From positions 6,767-70,766 of the forward strand of contig JACQIB010000003.1 of assembly GCA_016198755.1 (NCBI GenBank): a DNA stretch of 64,000 bases. The letters run 5' to 3'. Positions 57,048 through 63,630 of this stretch are shown one piece after another. The translations under genes and the position numbers were made by a program. This stretch comes from Candidatus Aenigmatarchaeota archaeon. GTDB taxonomy: Archaea > Aenigmatarchaeota > Aenigmatarchaeia > Aenigmatarchaeales > JACQIB01. The notes under the pieces were generated by a model. It was not told where the DNA came from, ran no database searches, and saw only the letters and a program-made list of their open reading frames with translations. The stretch's first letter is position 1. Each line of letters opens with the position of its first letter.

Positions 57048-57767
57048 TTATGCTATCTGGAGGAAGGCTATTTTGAAGAGGGAGTCTGAGGCTGGCAGGA
57101 GTTGGAGCTTGTTTTTCTTCTCTATTGGGATTTGCAGGAAAATGCTTCCTTCAGGTTCCCCTTCGAAAATTGTTTTCCCGTTTAGTATAACCTTCAGTTC
57201 CCCGAAGTTCTTTTCAAAAGCAATTTCAATGCTCTTTTTTCCGGTTTTCTTTGCCTCAAATTCTTTTATATAGGCCTTTCCTTTGAGCCCATGAACTTCA
57301 GCTGAAACAGAGTATTTGTTCTCTTCCCATGGGAGAAAAGCCCCGCCAGCTTTTATTTCAATTATATTGTTCTCCCCGATAAGCTTTGGATCCAGTTCAA
57401 AATCCATTCTGCTTGCATTTGGATACCCTCTATAAACTTCCAGCCCATTCAGGGAAATAATAACCTGTCCCTGTTTGTTTCCTGAAAGGGAAATAATCCT
57501 TAAAACAGCCCTGTCAAATTCCCCGCCAGCAAACCTCTTTTCAATTGTTCCACTCTTGAACAAACTACTGTTCACATCGCCTGAAACTGTTATAAGTTCT
57601 TTGTCCACAGCGCTCAATTCAAAATCATCCTCAAGCAAAACTCTATCATATAGGGGCTTTGCAACAAAAAAACCAGTACTCGGAAGAGTTAAAGACCAGG
57701 CTGCAAGAAGTATTACTAATCCTATTATTGCCACTAAAATAAACTGGGTAGTGAAAAAGCTTGCCAT
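57048..57767 (-). CDS. Single-TM anchored extracytoplasmic protein (first gene of the surface cluster)
   Basis: The start at 57767 (MASFFTTQFILVAIIGLVILLAAW) avoids overlap with pelota. The ORF track extends it to 57833. Confidence 0.55.
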   Translation of the reverse strand: MASFFTTQFILVAIIGLVILLAAWSLTLPSTGFFVAKPLYDRVLLEDDFELSAVDKELITVSGDVNSSLFKSGTIEKRFAGGEFDRAVLRIISLSGNKQGQVIISLNGLEVYRGYPNASRMDFELDPKLIGENNIIEIKAGGAFLPWEENKYSVSAEVHGLKGKAYIKEFEAKKTGKKSIEIAFEKNFGELKVILNGKTIFEGEPEGSIFLQIPIEKKNKLQLLPASDSLFKIAFLQIA

Positions 57768-57804
57768 AGGCAGGCTTTTATTAGTAAACTTTAAATATAC
57801 CTCT

Positions 57805-58809
57805 ATGAAGTCAGCATTTGACCTGAAAAACAACCTAGGAAAGATAACTCCACAGAGTATGGACGATCTCTATGTTTTGTTAGATATACTGATTCCTGGT
57901 TGTTTGGTTAAAGCCAAAACAGTAAGGGTTGCTGAGGTTAGAAGGGGGGAGGAAAAGGAGAGGGTTAGAAAGGAAATGGTTCTGCTGAAAATTAAAGTAG
58001 AGAAAATAGAGCTTGCACAGGATCTAAGATTAGGGGGAAAAATTGTTGAATCACCCCCAGAAGTAGAGCACAGCTACCATACAATAGAGGTTGAACCCTT
58101 TACCTATATAGAAGTTGAAAAAGAATGGAAAAAATGGGAAATTGACAAGATAAAGGCTGCAGCAAAGAAAACAGAGCCTGTTTTAGCTTTAATTCTGGAT
58201 GAGAGTGAGGCTGATTTGTTTTTAGTAAAGGACCGCACAGAGCATGTTTTGCACCTGAAAGGCCCAGGAACTGGAAAAAGCCTTGGGTTAAAGGGTGGTA
58301 AACAGGAATACTATAACGAGATTATTGGGATTTTGAAAAAGAGACCTGAAAGACATATCGTTCTGGCTGGTCCAGGGTTTGCAAAGGATGAGCTAAAGAA
58401 CATTCTAAGGGAAAAGGAAAAGGAGCTATTTTCTAAATTGACAGTGGAAAGGGTTTATGAGACAGAGGAAGCCGGGCTTTCTGAACTGTTGGATAAAGGG
58501 ATTTTACAGAGGCTTTTGAAAACCTCAAGAATAGAGGAAGAAACAGAAGCTGTAAAGCTGTTAATGGAACAGATAGCAAGGAAAGGGAAAGCTGTTTATG
58601 GTATTGCTGAGACTGAAAGGGCTTTGGAAGCTGGGGCTGTGGAAAAGCTGTTAATAGCTGACAAGAATGTTAGGAAATTTGAAAAACTGCTGGAAAAGGC
58701 TGAAAAAACAGGTGCTGAAGTAATGATTATTTCCTCTGCCCATCCAGCAGGGGAGAGGTTTGCTGGACTGGGTGGAATAGGGGGATTGTTAAGGTATAGG
58801 ATAGAGTGA
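57805..58809 (+). CDS. pelA: Pelota (Dom34) ribosome rescue factor
   Basis: MKSAFDLKNNLGKITPQSMDDLYVLLDIL... followed by eRF1-like domains 2 and 3. The ORF-track extension to 57475 is antisense to the neighbouring gene. A TATA-like TTTTATTAGTAAAC/TTTAAATATA lies just upstream. Confidence 0.9.
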   Translation: MKSAFDLKNNLGKITPQSMDDLYVLLDILIPGCLVKAKTVRVAEVRRGEEKERVRKEMVLLKIKVEKIELAQDLRLGGKIVESPPEVEHSYHTIEVEPFTYIEVEKEWKKWEIDKIKAAAKKTEPVLALILDESEADLFLVKDRTEHVLHLKGPGTGKSLGLKGGKQEYYNEIIGILKKRPERHIVLAGPGFAKDELKNILREKEKELFSKLTVERVYETEEAGLSELLDKGILQRLLKTSRIEEETEAVKLLMEQIARKGKAVYGIAETERALEAGAVEKLLIADKNVRKFEKLLEKAEKTGAEVMIISSAHPAGERFAGLGGIGGLLRYRIE

Positions 58810-58842
58810 GGTTTATATACTACTAAAAGGTAGTTATATATA

Positions 58843-60063
58843 ATGGTTCCGGATGATTTTAACATGCGCACAGCTATGGCTGCGGCAGAAAGGCTTAAAC
58901 AGACCTATAGAGGGAGGCTTGTTGTTAATCCAAGTACTGTTAGAAATGCTGTTGAAGGAGTCGGATCTACTAAAAGTTTATATGCAGCTCCCGAAATCAT
59001 TGAGGGAGATATAATACCTGCTGTTTATGGTGCTGTTATAGGAGACCCGGCAAATTCCGGTTTGATAGCAGAAATTTCACAATCTGTTGAGCGTGCACAC
59101 GATATAGCACAAAAAAGATCCAGAATAGCTGCAAAGGATTTTGGAGTTAAATCAAGGAGACCTGCAACACAAATAATGTATGAAAGTCCCGGAGGTAATG
59201 GAATGGCATACGATTTTTCCCTTGATAGGATTTTTGTTCCTGTTCCAATGGCTTTGGCTGAAGAGCCAAAAATAGTAGAGAGTTTCGTCGAGGAGGATAC
59301 CCACGCATATACAAAGGACAGGGCTCCCAGTCTTTTCGAGTCTCTTGGATTAAATCAAAGAACAAACCAACCCAAGGACATTGCTGTACTTTTTCCACTT
59401 TTTGTTATAGAGGGTATAGGACAACTGTATGCTCACGCCGATGATTATCCTGATAACAAAAGAGCTGTAAGGAAAGTGGGTGAGGGGAATGTTGATTTTA
59501 TTAGGCAGGCACAGTCAAGTCCGTATGTTGGCGGTTTTTTGGTTATGGATACAATGAAAAGGGCACATGGAAGGAGGAAAGCTGTTAATAGAGCTATAGA
59601 TATTGATTCACCGGAAGAGTTCTTGAGAGAGTATGGTCTGGCATGCAAAAGATTGAAGGAGCCTGCCATAAATCTTTGGGATGGGCTTGGCGAAACATTA
59701 TATCAGGAAACAGCGAGGAGAAAGGCAGAGCAGATTAGGCAGCTTTTGGAGGTTGGAGAAAAAAGTCGGATTGAGAGGTTTTTGGCAGTGAATGACTTGC
59801 TTGGTAAGATAAGACAAGGATTGAATAATCCAGGAGAATTGCCGCAAAGCGAGAGAAGGGAAGCTCTGGCAACTTTGAATGGCATTGGAAGTGTAGAAGG
59901 AGTATTATATCATGTTTTTGATGATGCTGTATTGCATAATGCAACTTTCTCACAAAAGTTGTGGAGCAGGGCATGTGGTTTTCTGTTAGATAAGTATGAA
60001 GGATTGAAAGAACAGACAAATCCATTACCCACCCCAAGGCAGCCTGTTCTAGTGCTGCAATAA
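58843..60063 (+). CDS. Hypothetical protein (406 aa)
   Basis: Long ORF with no recognised motif. By eye its codons look more GC-rich than flanking genes. Confidence 0.45.
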   Translation: MVPDDFNMRTAMAAAERLKQTYRGRLVVNPSTVRNAVEGVGSTKSLYAAPEIIEGDIIPAVYGAVIGDPANSGLIAEISQSVERAHDIAQKRSRIAAKDFGVKSRRPATQIMYESPGGNGMAYDFSLDRIFVPVPMALAEEPKIVESFVEEDTHAYTKDRAPSLFESLGLNQRTNQPKDIAVLFPLFVIEGIGQLYAHADDYPDNKRAVRKVGEGNVDFIRQAQSSPYVGGFLVMDTMKRAHGRRKAVNRAIDIDSPEEFLREYGLACKRLKEPAINLWDGLGETLYQETARRKAEQIRQLLEVGEKSRIERFLAVNDLLGKIRQGLNNPGELPQSERREALATLNGIGSVEGVLYHVFDDAVLHNATFSQKLWSRACGFLLDKYEGLKEQTNPLPTPRQPVLVLQ

Positions 60064-60531
60064 CCTTCTATTTTCTTCCAATACAACGACTATATCTCTC
60101 TCTTTCTCCCCAGAAACCTCAAATTCTTTAACAATATCAAATCCGGTTGGCTTTAGCTTTTCCAGCCTAGAGCTGAAAATAGAAATCACAGCCTTTCCTT
60201 CAGGTTTCAGAACCCTTTTCAGTTCTTTCCAGAACTCTAGTGAAAGCAAATGTATTGTATCCATGCAGAAAATCCAGTCTGCTCCCCCGCTTTTAAAGGG
60301 AAGGCTGTTCCCATCTCCAAGAATTCTGTTGCCTTCAAATTCCTTCAGATGTTTCAGAGAGCTGTCCAAAGCAATACAGTCTATATACCTCTCCAGAAAA
60401 CCAGGTCCAGAGCCTATATCCAGAACAGTTCCATGCACATCTCCCAGCTTAGAGAGCAGCTGCTCTATTTTTTTGCATTGTTCAGCTTCCATTGCTTTGC
60501 TGTATATTGCTTCTGTTAACATTCTTATCAC
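60049..60531 (-). CDS. Class I SAM-dependent methyltransferase (small)
   Basis: Motif I VLDIGSGPGFLE; post-I acidic residue; 160 aa. Confidence 0.7.
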   Translation of the reverse strand: MIRMLTEAIYSKAMEAEQCKKIEQLLSKLGDVHGTVLDIGSGPGFLERYIDCIALDSSLKHLKEFEGNRILGDGNSLPFKSGGADWIFCMDTIHLLSLEFWKELKRVLKPEGKAVISIFSSRLEKLKPTGFDIVKEFEVSGEKERDIVVVLEENRRLLQH

Positions 60532-60536
60532 GCAGT

Positions 60537-61001
60537 TTACTTAATTCCAAGCTGTTTATCTAAAGGCAGATTTGAAAAATATGTTCTGACATCGGATTTT
60601 ATGTCCACTAATTCAATTATTTCAATATCTTTTCTAACTATCAGGCTAAACCCTTTTTGAGACAAATATTTTGATTTAAATTCAGAGTAATTCGAGACAG
60701 TGAAATCAGCATCTCCCAATTCAGGTCTTGATTTATCTGGTTTTCGTATTTTCAGCAATTCAAGTTTGCCTGCTACTGTATTTATAGGCTCGATATGGAA
60801 AATTGGACCTGTAGGAGTCTCCTTAGAGATATTTCCAATTTTCTCCAAAGTTGATATAAGATTGTTGTATTGTTTATTGCTCTGACAAAAAATACATGCG
60901 TAATTAACCTGCGCTTTTTTCTCGTTCGTATATTTATTTTTCAGGTTGTTTGCTTTTTCCACAATTTCCTGAACAAAACTTTTTAATTCCTCTGTTTTCA
61001 T
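60537..61001 (-). CDS. Hypothetical protein (154 aa)
   Basis: ORF in a notably AT-rich stretch adjacent to tRNA-Ala. No motif recognised. Confidence 0.45.
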   Translation of the reverse strand: MKTEELKSFVQEIVEKANNLKNKYTNEKKAQVNYACIFCQSNKQYNNLISTLEKIGNISKETPTGPIFHIEPINTVAGKLELLKIRKPDKSRPELGDADFTVSNYSEFKSKYLSQKGFSLIVRKDIEIIELVDIKSDVRTYFSNLPLDKQLGIK

Positions 61002-61017
61002 TTGCTTACACCGAGAT

Positions 61018-61105
61018 TGGTGGACTCGGGGGGATTTGAACCCCCGATCTCATGCATGCCATGTGCAATTATTATGCACGCGTCATTCCGCTAGACCACG
61101 AGCCC
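61018..61105 (-). tRNA. tRNA-Ala(GGC), one 13-nt intron in the anticodon loop (33/34), CCA encoded
   Basis: Acceptor GGGCTCG/CGAGTCC with the G3:U70 Ala identity pair. Anticodon stem CGTGC/GCATG. Loop AT[13 nt, 61061-61073]GGCAT with BHB helix GTGC:GCAC, GGC at 61060-61058. T arm GGGGG-TTCAAAT-CCCCC. 75+13=88. Confidence 0.7.
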
Positions 61106-61727
61106 TATGGTGATTTTTAAGGAATCCTATAGCCTTTTTAGCTTTGTAAGGATTTAAAAACCCTATAGTCGAAGAGAATCTTGCTAGCTGTCCAAAACCA
61201 TATAATCTAAGATAGTATAACGGTTTTCCATTATTCATAGATTTTGTTACTCTCCCTTTCATACCAAGACTATTTACTACTGCTTCTAAAGAATGTATAA
61301 GATTGGTGCTCCTAGAATCCAAATTTATTGTTGGATAATTTCTATTTTTTCTAGAATGTACACTACCATCAGTATCAAAGACTCCTCTTGTAAATGCTAT
61401 TTCTAATTTTATCTTACCTATTATCTCATCAGGCATAGATACAGTGAATGTCTTTGGACTTTTGAGGCGCATCATCTCTAGAATTTTACAAAGTTCCTTT
61501 GAGCCAAAATACGCTCGGAAAGCTTTTATACCACTGGATTCTGGGATCAAACTAGGCGTCTTGTTAAATAATCTTTCGATTAATGGTACATAAACATCTC
61601 GTAAAAACTTGTAATCAGAAGTTTTGACTTCTATTGTTCTATCACCCACATATCCATCACCGGCAATTATGCCTAAAAAATATGCGAAATCTTCAGTAAT
61701 TTTCATAATAATAACTACTCGTTTCAA
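61083..61727 (-). CDS. Free-standing LAGLIDADG homing endonuclease (double-motif)
   Basis: Two LAGLIDADG motifs: YFLGIIAGDGYV and FTRGVFDTDGSV. The likely start is at 61706. The last 23 nt, including the TGA stop, lie inside the 5' part of tRNA-Ala. Confidence 0.85.
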   Translation of the reverse strand: MKRVVIIMKITEDFAYFLGIIAGDGYVGDRTIEVKTSDYKFLRDVYVPLIERLFNKTPSLIPESSGIKAFRAYFGSKELCKILEMMRLKSPKTFTVSMPDEIIGKIKLEIAFTRGVFDTDGSVHSRKNRNYPTINLDSRSTNLIHSLEAVVNSLGMKGRVTKSMNNGKPLYYLRLYGFGQLARFSSTIGFLNPYKAKKAIGFLKNHHRARGLAE

Positions 61728-61796
61728 TATTAATTTTTAACTCAATCTTTAATATAATGCCAATAAAACGCCCTAAGCATAGATAATAATTAAAAC

Positions 61797-61966
61797 TGGT
61801 GGGCCGGGCAGGATTTTCAGCCCTTTTGGGGTTTGCAAAGACCTTTTCGGGAAAAGGGATTTGCTTTGAACCTGCGACTCCCACCTTTCCGTCCGCTTCG
61901 TGTGCTGAACCCTCAACACTGTTGCGGATGTAAGGGTGATGTCATACCGGACTAGACCACCGGCCC
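61797..61966 (-). tRNA. tRNA-Val(TAC), two introns (37/38 and T-loop 59/60), CCA encoded
   Basis: Exons are identical to tRNA-Val(GAC) except positions 34 and 38. Loop CTTACA[42 nt, 61887-61928]A, with TAC at 61932-61930. T arm GCAGG-TTCAAA[51 nt, 61814-61864]T-CCTGC. 77+42+51=170. Confidence 0.8.
61814..61864 (-). repeat. T-loop intron family A, copy in tRNA-Val(TAC)
   Basis: GCAAATCCCTTTTCCCGAAAAGGTCTTTGCAAACCCCAAAAGGGCTGAAAA. Confidence 0.85.
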
Positions 61967-61968
61967 GT

Positions 61969-62379
61969 TTAGAGCTTTCCCTTCCAAGCATTTAAAATCA
62001 CATTCTTGTGCTTTCTGAGAAAAGCCTTCTCAGCAGGGTACGAGTTAATTTTAACAGCTTTCTCAAAAACAAACCATTTTGGCTTGTCAGAGTCATGTGG
62101 TTTAAGGATTTTGTTCTGGGTTCTGAAAAGATAGATATGTATAATTTTCATTTTAGTTTTAATTGAATTCATTCTTCTAACAACACCCAAAAACTTAACA
62201 AGCTCCAAACCCCTTAATCCTGTTTCTTCCCTAATTTCTCTCCTAGCCCCAGCAAGGAAAGTCTCTCCCTTCCTTTTTCCACCCTGCGGCAGCTGCCAAT
62301 CCCTTCCATCTGGACAAAAACAGAGAACAATTTTTCCCTCTCTGGAAACAACCCCACCGCAGGTTATCCTGTTTTTCAT
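61969..62379 (-). CDS. NUDIX hydrolase
   Basis: Nudix box GGKRKGETFLAGARREIREETGL. The real start is MKNRITCGGVV at 62379. The ORF-track extension to 62508 is a read-through of tRNA-Gly. Confidence 0.8.
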   Translation of the reverse strand: MKNRITCGGVVSREGKIVLCFCPDGRDWQLPQGGKRKGETFLAGARREIREETGLRGLELVKFLGVVRRMNSIKTKMKIIHIYLFRTQNKILKPHDSDKPKWFVFEKAVKINSYPAEKAFLRKHKNVILNAWKGKL

Positions 62380-62388
62380 AAAACCAAC

Positions 62389-62532
62389 TGGTGCGCCCGA
62401 CGGGATTTTCAGCCCCTCAAAGGGAGAGGGTGGAGGGAGATACGTAGTTTCTCCTCCTTTGAACCCGTGTCGTAAGCTTTTTCTGCGGAAATCGCATGGG
62501 AAGCTCAAATCCTACCACTAGACTACGGACGC
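62389..62532 (-). tRNA. tRNA-Gly(CCC), two introns (37/38 and T-loop 59/60), CCA encoded
   Basis: Acceptor GCGTCCG/CGGGCGC. Anticodon stem TGAGC/GCTTA, loop TTCCCA[18 nt, 62479-62496]A, with CCC at 62500-62498. T arm ACGGG-TTCAAA[52 nt, 62406-62457]T-CCCGT. 74+18+52=144. Confidence 0.8.
62406..62457 (-). repeat. T-loop intron family B, copy in tRNA-Gly(CCC)
   Basis: Its reverse complement is identical to 49114-49165. Confidence 0.9.
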
Positions 62533-62569
62533 AATAAAATAATGGCTATGTAAGGCTATAAAAGTATGA

Positions 62570-63316
62570 TTAAGCCACAGCAGTTATGCCTTGTGCAGAT
62601 CTGTCAAACCATTGCTGAAGAACCCTTTCCACTGATATCTGTTCCCCCTCAGAAACAGGTAAATTCAAATAACAAATTTGCGCATGTGAAAAACCATGCT
62701 CTGGCCATGTATGCCTAAAAACAAGTGATTCTGGCAAAACCGCTATTGCTGTTTCTCCATGCGGATCAAATTTAAAAGTTGAAATATCAGCATCTACCCT
62801 TCTTCCTCCAGTTTTAATTGGAAGCGTTTCTCTGATTGTCCTTCCCATATCAGAGCTGTGCGTTGGATGATCTTTATATTCCCTGTCCACCCTTGGAGTC
62901 CTGTCTGCATGATAATCATCAAGAACAACTTCCCATTCTCTGCCTGGTATCTTACATTGCTTGAATAATCTCCCATAGGAGCTTGGACTGAACGCTCCGG
63001 AAAAATACCGGGTTGCTTTCTCCGGATCAAACTCCCCGCAGCTTGATAAAGAAACAAATGCAACATTTTTTGAGGGTTTTGTGGCAACTGCCAAATGGCT
63101 TGTCATAAGGCCAACTGCTCCGAACAGTGTTTCTCCAGAGTTAAAAACTCGCGGAGGTATGCAGGTTTGCATTGAAAGTTCCTGTGGGGATTGTGCCAAC
63201 ATACCATATAGAAATCCTTGGTCTGAAAGCCTTCCTTTATCACAGCCAGAAAGAGTTAGGAAAAGATCTCTTATGTAAGCACTCACAAAATACACCTTAC
63301 CCAAAAATGCCGCCAA
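62570..63316 (-). CDS. Tandem-fused AdoMetDC-fold (pyruvoyl-dependent decarboxylase-like) protein
   Basis: The second half has AVLPESLVFRHTWPEHGFSHAQICY (compare SpeH [25 protein letters not shown]). The first half has a degenerate copy, GLMTSHLAVATKPSKNVAFVSLSSCGEFDPEKA. 248 aa, about twice the size of SpeH. Confidence 0.6.
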   Translation of the reverse strand: MAAFLGKVYFVSAYIRDLFLTLSGCDKGRLSDQGFLYGMLAQSPQELSMQTCIPPRVFNSGETLFGAVGLMTSHLAVATKPSKNVAFVSLSSCGEFDPEKATRYFSGAFSPSSYGRLFKQCKIPGREWEVVLDDYHADRTPRVDREYKDHPTHSSDMGRTIRETLPIKTGGRRVDADISTFKFDPHGETAIAVLPESLVFRHTWPEHGFSHAQICYLNLPVSEGEQISVERVLQQWFDRSAQGITAVA

Positions 63317-63593
63317 AGCCTTCCAGAGCCTTTTCTTCCCCTTCCAATATCTTCATTTTGGCAGCCTCCAAATCAGCAGATTTTGACTCCAATAAAAAGG
63401 GTTTTAGTAACTCTTTGCACTTTGAAACACCTTCTTCAGAGCCGCGCACAAAAATAACAGTTCCCTGTGTTTTCAGCCCTAAAGTAGAACTCTCTCTCAC
63501 AGTAATAGACTGCTTTGCTGCAAGGTCAAAGTCTTTTCTTAGTGTATCTTCAGCCTTAGCACCTTCCTTTACTAGACAAATGAACTCTGCCAT
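63297..63593 (-). CDS. Hypothetical 98-aa protein with ribosomal-stalk-like C-terminal tail
   Basis: Ends EGEEKALEGFGGIFG, compared with the P1 tail [13 protein letters not shown] in this window. A promoter-like element sits at the correct spacing. Overlaps the downstream gene by 20 nt. Confidence 0.55.
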   Translation of the reverse strand: MAEFICLVKEGAKAEDTLRKDFDLAAKQSITVRESSTLGLKTQGTVIFVRGSEEGVSKCKELLKPFLLESKSADLEAAKMKILEGEEKALEGFGGIFG

Positions 63594-63614
63594 TCTAAAA
63601 GGGTTGTGCGGAAA

Positions 63615-63630
63615 GGTTAAAAAGCTTTCC
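63615..63630 (-). promoter_or_regulatory. BRE/TATA-like element upstream of the 98-aa gene
   Basis: Reads GGAAAGCTTTTTAACC on the minus strand, centred about 27 nt upstream of the ATG at 63593. Confidence 0.45.

Noticed and set aside
57475-57804. 110-aa N-terminal extension of the pelota ORF
   Set aside because: It is antisense to the neighbouring membrane-protein gene and low-complexity. The canonical pelota N-terminus begins at the ATG at 57805, with a TATA-like box just upstream.
58843-60063. 406-aa hypothetical gene, considered as a horizontally acquired island because it looks more GC-rich
   Set aside because: The composition difference was judged only by eye. There are no flanking repeats, integrase or tRNA-target signature, so it is kept as a plain hypothetical CDS.
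61058-61073. Alternative TGC anticodon reading for tRNA-Ala (ATTGCAC segment)
   Set aside because: No anticodon stem flanks it. The GTGC:GCAC helix with 3-nt bulges places it inside a 13-nt intron, leaving loop ATGGCAT (GGC).
41010-62457. Repeated 51-52-nt elements considered as CRISPR repeats or MITEs
   Set aside because: There are only two copies per family, with no regular spacing or spacers. Each copy sits precisely inside a tRNA T loop with BHB-compatible junctions, so they are tRNA introns.
62380-62508. N-terminal extension of the NUDIX ORF, plus small ORFs 61693-61884, 61773-61991, 41029-41226 and 48907-49212
   Set aside because: All are read-throughs of intron-containing tRNA genes. 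The peptide similarity between them reflects the shared T-loop introns, not proteins.
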